Shown here piece by piece: positions 54,035 to 62,272 of a stretch of DNA of 64,000 bases. Both the position numbers and the translations under genes were made by a program. A model generated the notes under the pieces. It was not told the origin of the DNA and did not search any database. It was given only the letters and a program-made list of their open reading frames with translations. How positions within the stretch are numbered: the first letter of the stretch is position 1; every line of letters starts with the position of its first letter. This DNA is from an uncultured Bacteroidia bacterium (GTDB lineage: Bacteria; CAIWAD01; BS150m-G50): NCBI GenBank assembly GCA_964517435.1, contig CAZFEC010000010.1, positions 4,371-68,370 on the forward strand. Reading direction: 5' to 3'.

Positions 54035-55087
54035 TCAGTCATTTTGATGTGTGTCCTCACCCCCACCCCTCTTCGCCATATCCTCCAACCGCTTTATCGA
54101 CTCCACCTCACCCAACTGCTCTTTCTGCTTCCTGCGACTGTCGGCAAATTGATCATACTCAGCGCGCGCGTGTGTCTCAGCATCTTCCTTACTGACACTT
54201 CCCGCATGACCCAAAACACGCCTTTCATTGAACGCGAGAAACTCGTCGAGCTTCGTCTCCCAATCCTGCATGAAGACCTGTTTGCGCCGCAGCGCCTGGT
54301 CCTCGGCGAAGTCGAGCCACATTACGACGATGCGGTTCAGCTCGTTGATTTCATTCTCCTGCAGGTAGTTCTTAGCCACGGTGACATCGGTCTTGCGCAC
54401 CTCCTCCTTCTGCCAGGAGGTCAATCCCATGTTAGGCAACTGAGCATTTGCACGTGACTGAATGATCTCGGCTGCAGTCATGCCGGTCGCGGCGAAGTGC
54501 AGCTTGTTCTGCATGACGCTGAAGAACTTGGTGGTCTCCGGCTGAGTGGGTTCATAGTCAGCCGCCATGGCGAAAATCTCGCGAACACGCAGATACATGC
54601 GCCGTTCACTGGCTCTGATGTCCCGGATGCGGGCGAGCATCTCGTCGAAGTAGTCGGGAACCGGCGATCCGGCCACCGGCGGATTCTTGAGCCGCTCATC
54701 GTCAAGCGTGAAACCTTTGACGATGTACTCCTTGAGACGCGCCGTGGCCCAGATCCGGAAACGTGTGGCGATGATGCTCTTAATGCGGTAGCCGACCGAG
54801 ATCACCATGTCCAGGCTATAGTAGTCAAGCCTTCTCTGGACCTGCCTGGTACCCTCCTGGCGAACTGTTAAGAAATCCTTAACAGTTGACTCGGGCGAAA
54901 GCTCCCCCTCCTCGTAGATATTGCGAATGTGTATGTTGATATTTGGAACTGAGGTCTGGAACAGCTCCGCCATCATCTGCTGGGTCAACCAGATCGTTTC
55001 GTTCTCCAGGCGCACGTCTATTTTTACCTGACCGTCATCAGTCTGATAAACCAGCAACTCGCCCTTCTGCGGCAGTTCCTCTCTCAT
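54035..55087 (-). CDS. rhuM: RhuM-family protein
   Basis: The N-terminus LLVYQTDDGQVKIDVRLENETIWLTQQMMAELFQTS...NIHIRNIYEEGEL and VISVGYRIKS...RFRIWAT are as I recall for RhuM-family proteins. ATGA overlap with the hsdM stop. Confidence 0.75.
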   Translation of the reverse strand: MREELPQKGELLVYQTDDGQVKIDVRLENETIWLTQQMMAELFQTSVPNINIHIRNIYEEGELSPESTVKDFLTVRQEGTRQVQRRLDYYSLDMVISVGYRIKSIIATRFRIWATARLKEYIVKGFTLDDERLKNPPVAGSPVPDYFDEMLARIRDIRASERRMYLRVREIFAMAADYEPTQPETTKFFSVMQNKLHFAATGMTAAEIIQSRANAQLPNMGLTSWQKEEVRKTDVTVAKNYLQENEINELNRIVVMWLDFAEDQALRRKQVFMQDWETKLDEFLAFNERRVLGHAGSVSKEDAETHARAEYDQFADSRRKQKEQLGEVESIKRLEDMAKRGGGEDTHQND

Positions 55088-56601
55088 TTGATAATCCCCA
55101 GGTTCTTGAGGTGCTTCGTCATCTCTTTATCCAGTTTCGCAAGCTCCTTGTCGATCTCGGCCATTTCCCTGAGATTAGCTTCGATGTCCACCTCTTCCTC
55201 CTCCTCGAAGGTGTCGACATAGCGGGTGATGTTGAGGTTGAAGTCGTTCTCCTCGATCTCGTCCGGCTGTACAACACGACAGAATTTCTCGATGTCCTTA
55301 CGATCATCAACTGCCTTCAGGATCTGGTTGATATGCTCATCATCCAGGACGTTCTGCGCTTTAACCGGGCGATACAGTTTTGACGCCTCTACGAAGAACA
55401 CATCTTTACGACTCTCGTTCCTACCCCCAGCCTCGCGAGAACGATCGAGCAGAAGAATGGCAACCGGAATGCCAGTTGTCTGAAAAAGCCCCGCCGGCAG
55501 CCCGACGATCGTATCAACCAGATTCTCCCTGAGCAGACTTTGACGGATCCTCCCCTCTGCTGCGCCCCGAAACAGGACGCCATGAGGTACGATAACTACA
55601 ACCCGACCCTCTTTGGCCTTCGCGGTTTCGATCATATGGCTGATGAAGGCGTAATCCCCCTTTGTCTTGGGAGGAATACCGCGGTGGAATCGATTGTAGG
55701 AATCGTTCTCGATGTTGTCACCCGCCCACTTTTTGAGGGAGAAGGGCGGATTAGCGATTACGAGATCGAACTTCATCAGGGCATCCCCCTCCTTCAGAAG
55801 GGGGTTGTTCAACGTGTCGCCCCATTCTAACCGGGCTGAATCCTTGCCGTGGAGGAACATGTTCATACGGGCCAGGTTGTAGGTTGATCCGATACTTTCC
55901 TGGCCGTACAGAGCGTAATCCTTCGAGCCCTGAGCTTCAACTTCAGCGCCCGCCAGCAACAACAAGCCGCCCGCCCCGCAGGCGGGATCACAGATGCGCC
56001 AGCCGGGCTGAGGCTTTGCCAGCTTGGCCAGGAGCCTGGCGATGGAGTGGACAGTAAAGAACTCACCGGCTTTCTTGCCGGCGTCTGAGCCGAAGCGTTC
56101 GATCATATACATGTAGGCGTTGCCGATGACGTCGTCTCCGACAACCGTAAGGTCGATCCTGGCGAAATCATCCATCAGGTGGCGCAGCATCTTATTGCGC
56201 TGATCCGTTTTCCCCAACACGGCATCAGAATTGAAGTCGATGGCAAACAACCCCTCGAGACGGTCTCCGTTTGCATCCTCGATAGCATGCAGCGCGATGT
56301 TAATCAGTTCGCCTATGTTGTCCGCGTTCTTCTTCTTATAGATATCATAGAAACTCGTGCCCTCAGGGATGACAAAGCGCTCATTCTTCAGGCGAAGTGC
56401 GATTCGTTCCCTGTCGTCACCATAGCGCTTGGTAAGCTTCTCGATCTCGTGTTGATGAAGGTCGCTCATGTACTTGTAGAACAGGAACAGCAGGACGTAA
56501 TCCTTATAGATGCTGCCGTCAACATTCATGCGTGACGAGTCAGCTGCTTCCCACAGGGTTCGGTTCAAGGCATCCTGTGTGTATTGTCTTTGCCCGCTCA
56601 T
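55084..56601 (-). CDS. hsdM: Type I R-M DNA methyltransferase subunit
   Basis: N-terminal HsdM_N-like LWEAAD..R. SAM motif DPACGAGGLL. Catalytic VIANPPFS. Confidence 0.9.
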   Translation of the reverse strand: MSGQRQYTQDALNRTLWEAADSSRMNVDGSIYKDYVLLFLFYKYMSDLHQHEIEKLTKRYGDDRERIALRLKNERFVIPEGTSFYDIYKKKNADNIGELINIALHAIEDANGDRLEGLFAIDFNSDAVLGKTDQRNKMLRHLMDDFARIDLTVVGDDVIGNAYMYMIERFGSDAGKKAGEFFTVHSIARLLAKLAKPQPGWRICDPACGAGGLLLLAGAEVEAQGSKDYALYGQESIGSTYNLARMNMFLHGKDSARLEWGDTLNNPLLKEGDALMKFDLVIANPPFSLKKWAGDNIENDSYNRFHRGIPPKTKGDYAFISHMIETAKAKEGRVVVIVPHGVLFRGAAEGRIRQSLLRENLVDTIVGLPAGLFQTTGIPVAILLLDRSREAGGRNESRKDVFFVEASKLYRPVKAQNVLDDEHINQILKAVDDRKDIEKFCRVVQPDEIEENDFNLNITRYVDTFEEEEEVDIEANLREMAEIDKELAKLDKEMTKHLKNLGIIK

Positions 56602-57173
56602 CCTCTTCTCCTTCCGGACGATCTTACACTCAGTTCTTTATCCAGAATCTGACGGTAAAGCTCTTGTTTTCGGTTTGAAAGTGTGGTGTATCTCGTCGCT
56701 GCCTCGTCCAAAGCGATCAGCGTTTTCTGTCGAGCCGTTGAGGGAACCGGTATATCCATGTTCTCGAAATTTGTTAGACTAACAAATGGTATAGTGGTAT
56801 GTTCATAGTAGCGCTGGAAAAGCCGCTGTCCAATTGCGGAGTTGATGTAACCGGCCACGTACTCCGGCAGGACCGATTGATCTTTGATTGTCAATACAAT
56901 GATGGATGACGGCACTATCCATGTTTCTGTGGAAGGGAGGTTGAAGACTGCAGCAGCGAACCGGCCGCGGTTAACGATTAATACTTCCTGAGGCTGCAGC
57001 GGCAGTGCTTTGGATTTGTCTGTACGCAGGGGGGGCTCTTTTCCGAAAGTTATCAAGCCTTCGGGTGTGATGTTCTTAGGCTGTATCAACAGTGCATCGC
57101 CGTCTCGTAAATGCGCTACGCTTTTTCTGAAAGCATATCCCGTTCTTACGTTACCGAAGTCCTTAAATTTCAA
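56598..57173 (-). CDS. Half-size (single-TRD) HsdS-like specificity protein
   Basis: One TRD plus the conserved helix (IPVPSTARQKTLIALDEAATRYTTL). AAGGAG lies 5 nt upstream of TTG 57173. ATGA overlap with the hsdM start at 56598-56601. Confidence 0.7.
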   Translation of the reverse strand: MKFKDFGNVRTGYAFRKSVAHLRDGDALLIQPKNITPEGLITFGKEPPLRTDKSKALPLQPQEVLIVNRGRFAAAVFNLPSTETWIVPSSIIVLTIKDQSVLPEYVAGYINSAIGQRLFQRYYEHTTIPFVSLTNFENMDIPVPSTARQKTLIALDEAATRYTTLSNRKQELYRQILDKELSVRSSGRRRG

Positions 57174-57276
57174 AGCCACTCCTTGTTTATAACAGTAGTA
57201 ACATATTGCCGATTGAAAGTCAAGAGAAAAATGAAATGCAGTAGCTGAATACTGCTTTAGGTAAACATGCTGCCCC

Positions 57277-58497
57277 TTGGCGAGTAAGCTTTCTGCCGAC
57301 ATCCTTCAGCCTCGTCACGCAGTAGCATCACCTTTTACCAACAGAAGGATTCCCAAGCTCAGCATCAGAAAAAAAGGAGTCCCCATTTACCACAACCTAA
57401 TCCTTGGATCGTTATTAGCTGGCGCTATCGGCGACGCCCTTGGCGCTGCGGTCGAATTCATGTCCCTATCTGAAATTCGTAAGAAATTCGGTCCTGCAGG
57501 GATCCAGAACTACAGCCCCGCCTATGGTGGTCTCGGGACCATCACCGACGACACCCAGATGACGCTTTTCACCTTCGAAGGGATGATCCGGGCCCAGTTG
57601 CGCTGGCTGGATCGTGGGATGTGCTCTCCGGAAACCGTCCTGCATTACGCCTACCTGCGCTGGATGGCCACTCAGGGCGTAATCCGCATGGAAAGCCATC
57701 CGATGTCCGAATACCCAGGCTGGCTGGTACAACAGGAAGCTCTCCACCACAAACGAGCACCTGGAAATACCTGTCTGACAGCATTGCTGATGCCAGATCA
57801 GTGCGGAACCATCGAGCAACCGTTGAATCAAAGCAAGGGCTGCGGCGGTGTTATGCGAGTCGCGCCGGTGGGATTTTTCGATGTCGAGGATCCCTTTCAA
57901 CTTGGTTGTGAATGCGCCGCCATCACCCACGGTCATCCCAGTGGTTATCTGAGTGCCGGCTTCCTCGCTGAGCTGATTCAACACCTGCTTCAGGGAAAGC
58001 AGCTCCTGGAATCGATTGAGAGAACCACTCATCGTCTGGCACAAGAGTCGGACCATGATGAGCTGCTTGCGGCAATAAAGCATGCCCTGGAGCTGGTCAA
58101 AACTGCAGAGGGGACACCGGAAGAAGTAGAGAGCTTGGGCGCTGGCTGGGTGGCCGAGGAGGCGCTGGCGATCTCGCTGTTCTGTGCCATCATGGCTGAC
58201 GACATCCGGGAAGGGCTGCTGCTGGCAGTCAACCACAGCGGCGACAGCGACAGTACTGGCGCGATAACCGGAAACATTCTTGGGGCCATTCATGGGGTTG
58301 AAGCGGTTCCCGCCGACCTCCTGGAAGATCTGGAGGTGAAAGAAATCATCTTCGAGATGGTTGATGACTTCTTAACGATCAATAAGGACGTCGCTGGAGA
58401 ACAGAGGACATCAGAAATGGAGAATGAGGAGCTCCATTACTTCGAAGGGGGCTACGGAGTACCGAAGCATTTGATAGAAAAGTATCCACCGAATTAG
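57277..58497 (+). CDS. ADP-ribosylglycohydrolase (ARH/DraG-family) protein; true start probably near 57385
   Basis: LGSLLAGAIGDALGAAVEF, ITDDTQMTLF and NHSGDSDSTGAITGNILGA are the ARH family motifs. AAGGAG at 57374-57379 sits 5 nt before in-frame ATT 57385. Confidence 0.85.
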   Translation: MASKLSADILQPRHAVASPFTNRRIPKLSIRKKGVPIYHNLILGSLLAGAIGDALGAAVEFMSLSEIRKKFGPAGIQNYSPAYGGLGTITDDTQMTLFTFEGMIRAQLRWLDRGMCSPETVLHYAYLRWMATQGVIRMESHPMSEYPGWLVQQEALHHKRAPGNTCLTALLMPDQCGTIEQPLNQSKGCGGVMRVAPVGFFDVEDPFQLGCECAAITHGHPSGYLSAGFLAELIQHLLQGKQLLESIERTTHRLAQESDHDELLAAIKHALELVKTAEGTPEEVESLGAGWVAEEALAISLFCAIMADDIREGLLLAVNHSGDSDSTGAITGNILGAIHGVEAVPADLLEDLEVKEIIFEMVDDFLTINKDVAGEQRTSEMENEELHYFEGGYGVPKHLIEKYPPN

Positions 58498-58512
58498 CTG
58501 ATGAGGGTTGTG

Positions 58513-59325
58513 ATGAAAGGCAGGGCAAAAAGCTGGCGAGATGTCTTTGAGCGTCTGGATCGATGGAGAAATCTACCCAAGTATCAGCTCGAACGGAGAG
58601 CTGATATATTCTTCTCATTGTATCTGATCGAGATCATGCAGGCCGTGATCGGAAAGAGAAATCAGCGATTCCTAAACCTGATGATTCCGGAGTTTCCACT
58701 TCTTAAACAGGGTGGTCCAAAGAGTAAATCAGGAAAGAAACGCCATCTGTCTAATAATGTCGATTATCTGATGTTTTCGAAACCGCTGGGCAAGAACCGA
58801 GAACCCAGAAAAATATGGCTGGCAGAGCTTAAGACAGATCTGGAATCAATTAAAGCTCAGCAAATTGAGTATCTTCACAACGCTGTTGAGCGGGGTTTCA
58901 GCGAATGCATTAGAGGTCTCTTGGAAATTGCGCGGAGGACAAAAAGCCGTCAGAAATACTATCATCTTCTACATACGCTTATAACCACGGGTATTGTCAA
59001 TGTTGCATCCGATTACCAGTCGAGCATTACCCGGAATCCTGCTCGTAGTGCCAGCATCGAAACCGACTCGAGCTATGATGAGCTCGTAGACAGAATCATA
59101 CTCGCTCCGGAGTGGTCAAAAGCTGAAGCAGAAATCGTTTTTATAACTCCAAACGAGGTTGAGATTCAGAGCAAGAAACGCGGAGTAGCGATTCACAATA
59201 TAACGTTCAGTCAGATCACAAACTTCTTAATGAAGCAGAAAGGCGAACTTCCACGTGTGTTCGCAAAGTCTCTCAACCGTTGGGCCGAACACAAAGCCGG
59301 CTTCGATGTATCAAAACTGGATTGA
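58513..59325 (+). CDS. Hypothetical protein with PD-(D/E)xK-like nuclease motif set
   Basis: The E..D..ExK pattern QLERRADIFF / NVDYLMFS / IWLAELKTD. Starts 4-16 nt after the ARH stop (ATG 58501 or 58513). Confidence 0.5.
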   Translation: MKGRAKSWRDVFERLDRWRNLPKYQLERRADIFFSLYLIEIMQAVIGKRNQRFLNLMIPEFPLLKQGGPKSKSGKKRHLSNNVDYLMFSKPLGKNREPRKIWLAELKTDLESIKAQQIEYLHNAVERGFSECIRGLLEIARRTKSRQKYYHLLHTLITTGIVNVASDYQSSITRNPARSASIETDSSYDELVDRIILAPEWSKAEAEIVFITPNEVEIQSKKRGVAIHNITFSQITNFLMKQKGELPRVFAKSLNRWAEHKAGFDVSKLD

Positions 59326-59351
59326 GCATTATTCCTGGGATGTAACCGACC

Positions 59352-60887
59352 ATGTCTAACCCTCGCCTTTCCAAATCCCGCCTTCTCTATCTACGACAAT
59401 GCCCGCTGCGCCTGTGGCACGAGATCCATAATCGCGAGTCCGCTAATCCACTTGACGAAGCAACTCAGCACCGTTTTTCAGAAGGTACCCGGATCGGCGA
59501 GCTGGCGCAGCAGCGTTATCCCGGTGGTGTGCTAGTTGACGCACCATACTGGGACAGCGCCAATGCCCAGCAGCACACATCCGCCCTCCTTCAATCCGAT
59601 GTCCCTACAATCTACGAGGCCGCCTTCGAGGCTTCACGCACCCGGATCAGGGTGGACATCATGCTGCGCAAGGGTTCCGGCAGTTGGGAGGTCTGGGAAG
59701 TCAAAGCGGTCGGCACACCGAAGGAGATCCACTTCATCGATCTGGCCCTGCAGATCAGGATTATCAGAGAGTGGTCAGACGAAAGCAACTTGCCCCTGCG
59801 AATCTCCCGCTGTGGTATCCTCCATCTAAATACCGCATACACGTATAATGGTGAAGATTACGACCTGGCTGCGCTTTTCCAGGAGCATGATTGCACGGAT
59901 ATGATCAGCGAGTATGGCGATGAAGTGGAGGAGCTCATCCAGGCCGGACGGTCATTACTGGACAGCAACGATCCTCCAGAGACGGAACCGGGGACACATT
60001 GCTCGGATCCTTACCTGTGCCCCTTTTCCGGCAGTCTTTGTGAACTGCCGCCCATCGATGAACTCTGCCTGCTTCCCGGTGTCGGTCAGAAGACAGCCCA
60101 GAGACTCCGTGCAAAGGGTGTCGACACCATCGCAGAAGCTATTCAGCAACCGCAGATCTTCAACGGACTCCAACAACGGGCGCTCCGCTCTCTGCAATTG
60201 GGAAAGCCGGTTATAGAGACGGGGTTGGATACAGTCTTGAAAGAGATCGGCTTCCCCCGGCACTACCTTGATTTTGAGTCAACCGGAAGTATGTTGGTAT
60301 TACCACGCTATGCACAGACGCATCCGTTTCAGGCGCTTCCATTTCAGTTTTCGCTGCACACCGAACACGAACCCGGCGGTAAACTGACTCATCAGGGCTA
60401 CCTTCATTCGTCAGACGATGATCCGCGAGAACCTCTTACCGAGAAACTGCTGAACGCTTTGGAATCCACGCCTGGAAGGATTGTCGTCTACTCAAGTTAT
60501 GAGAAGACAGTGCTGAACGCGCTGAAGCGATATCTGCCACAATATGCAGACCGCCTGGAGGCGGTTATTGAACGGCTGGTGGATCTGTTGCCGGTAGTAA
60601 AGTCTTATGTCTACCACCCCGACTTCAAAGGCAGTTTCTCGATCAAGGATGTTCTCCCAGCGCTGGTCCCGGGCGAAGGTTACGGCGAGCTGGCGATTCA
60701 GGATGGAGATACGGCGTCGTTGCGTTACCTGCAGATGCTCGGAGTAATAACTGCGGGCGAACAGGATAAAGACATACACAGCTCGGAAGCCAACGCTGAG
60801 TCAATCCACACCTCCCTCTGGGAATACTGCCGTCAGGATACACTGGCAATGGTCGATCTGGTGCATATGTTAGAAACAGGGCGCTGA
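59352..60887 (+). CDS. DUF2779-like protein: Cas4/RecB-type FeS nuclease domain plus DEDDy-type exonuclease-like domain
   Basis: N-terminal SKSRLLYLRQCPLRLW. RVDIML...WEVWEVKA (D..ExK). Cys trio CSDPYLCPFSGSLC. Then YLDFEST and C-terminal YCRQD. Confidence 0.7.
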   Translation: MSNPRLSKSRLLYLRQCPLRLWHEIHNRESANPLDEATQHRFSEGTRIGELAQQRYPGGVLVDAPYWDSANAQQHTSALLQSDVPTIYEAAFEASRTRIRVDIMLRKGSGSWEVWEVKAVGTPKEIHFIDLALQIRIIREWSDESNLPLRISRCGILHLNTAYTYNGEDYDLAALFQEHDCTDMISEYGDEVEELIQAGRSLLDSNDPPETEPGTHCSDPYLCPFSGSLCELPPIDELCLLPGVGQKTAQRLRAKGVDTIAEAIQQPQIFNGLQQRALRSLQLGKPVIETGLDTVLKEIGFPRHYLDFESTGSMLVLPRYAQTHPFQALPFQFSLHTEHEPGGKLTHQGYLHSSDDDPREPLTEKLLNALESTPGRIVVYSSYEKTVLNALKRYLPQYADRLEAVIERLVDLLPVVKSYVYHPDFKGSFSIKDVLPALVPGEGYGELAIQDGDTASLRYLQMLGVITAGEQDKDIHSSEANAESIHTSLWEYCRQDTLAMVDLVHMLETGR

Positions 60888-60954
60888 TTCGTCTCATCTG
60901 GTTCCCCTGCTTTCAAATACCTATATTCTTGCTAGCTGAACCCCGGAGCCCCCC

Positions 60955-62067
60955 ATGCCCCCACCACCCCCAGAACCTGAATCCCCCTCCCCCGAATCCA
61001 CCATCGACCAACTCCGCCAGGAAGCCGTCACCTGCCGCAAAAAGGCCGACTACGAGCAGGCCTCCGCGCTGCTCGAACAAGCCCTCGAAATCAGCGAGCG
61101 CGACCTGGGCGAGGTGCATCTCGCGACGGGACAGCTGCTCAACCACCTCGGCATGGTGCGCAAACTCCAGGGCGAGTACGCCCAGGCGGAGCAGCACTAC
61201 AGGCGTTCCATCGAGATCCGCGAACTAAACCTCGGCACCGCCCACAAGGACACTGTGCAGACTCTGTCGAACCTAGCGACGCTCTACACCGCGCAGGGCC
61301 GCTACGCCGAGGCGGAGCCTCTGCACCGGCGGGTGCTGCGGATCATGGAATCCGGCTTCGGCTCGGAGCACAGATCTACAGCGGTTGCGATCAACTCCCT
61401 GGCCATGTTGAGCAAACAGCTGGGCAACTTCGCCGAAGCGGAATCGCTCTTCCAGAGATCACTGGCGGTACGCAAGCGGACCGCCGGTCTCGAGCATCCC
61501 AGTACCGCCCTGGCCCTGACCAACCTGGCGGTTCTTTACGACGAACTGGGACGGCAGGAGGAGGCGGAACCGCTGGCTGTCCAGGCCGTGGCCATAGAGG
61601 AGCAGCACCCGGAAGCGGACCGGCGCGGCCTGGTGGAGGCACTGAAAGCCCTGGGGAGCGTACACCGGAACCTGAATCGACTGGAATCCGCCGAGACATT
61701 GCTGCAGCGCGCACTGGAGATTCAGGAACAGATTCTGGGTGCGGAGCACCCGGGAACCGCCAAAGTGCTGCTGAAGCTGGGCCTCCTGCGCCGACAGCAG
61801 GGGGATCTCGATCAGGCCGAAACACTGATCGAGCAGGCGCTGGCGATCTGGCTCAAGACACAGAACGAAAACCATCCTGAAACGGCCAGCATGCTCGCCA
61901 GCCAGGCTGAGGTACAAAGCGCCCGCGGTAATCACGCGGAGGCGGAGCAGCTTTATAAGCGCATCCTGGCGATCCGTACCACCTTCCTGGGCGACGCCCA
62001 CCCCGATACAAAGGCGGCCGCGCAGACCCTTGCCGAGCTGCGCCGGCAAAACGATGCAGACAAATAA
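60955..62067 (+). CDS. Tetratricopeptide-repeat protein (TPR_12 / kinesin-light-chain-like repeats)
   Basis: About seven tandem 42-aa units of the form A..L.NLA.LY..QGRY.EAEPL..R.L.I.E...G..HP.T. Confidence 0.85.
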   Translation: MPPPPPEPESPSPESTIDQLRQEAVTCRKKADYEQASALLEQALEISERDLGEVHLATGQLLNHLGMVRKLQGEYAQAEQHYRRSIEIRELNLGTAHKDTVQTLSNLATLYTAQGRYAEAEPLHRRVLRIMESGFGSEHRSTAVAINSLAMLSKQLGNFAEAESLFQRSLAVRKRTAGLEHPSTALALTNLAVLYDELGRQEEAEPLAVQAVAIEEQHPEADRRGLVEALKALGSVHRNLNRLESAETLLQRALEIQEQILGAEHPGTAKVLLKLGLLRRQQGDLDQAETLIEQALAIWLKTQNENHPETASMLASQAEVQSARGNHAEAEQLYKRILAIRTTFLGDAHPDTKAAAQTLAELRRQNDADK

Positions 62068-62272
62068 TGACTGGCTGCCGGCATATTGATACCTGTCACA
62101 CACGCGTTTAGCGTCCTTCATTCATCTTCACCCTAGAAATCCACCAGCCATGTCTTATATTGTCAAAAGCCCGCTCGCGGGACGAGAGACCGGCAATCTC
62201 CAAATGGATGATGAGCTGTAAATGCGGGCAGGAAGTCTGGATGAAGATGATGGGCAACGACCGTAATCCAAC

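Noticed and set aside
50969-57173. Phase-variable hsdS shufflon between the full and the half hsdS genes
   Set aside because: Both S genes are on the same strand. I found no inverted repeats shared between them, and there is no invertase or recombinase gene in or near the operon.
38417-60881. AGGGCGCTG at both island edges as att-type direct repeats
   Set aside because: The match is only 9 bp and GC-rich in a GC-rich genome, with no integrase or tRNA target. It is mentioned in the island finding but is not a supportable feature.
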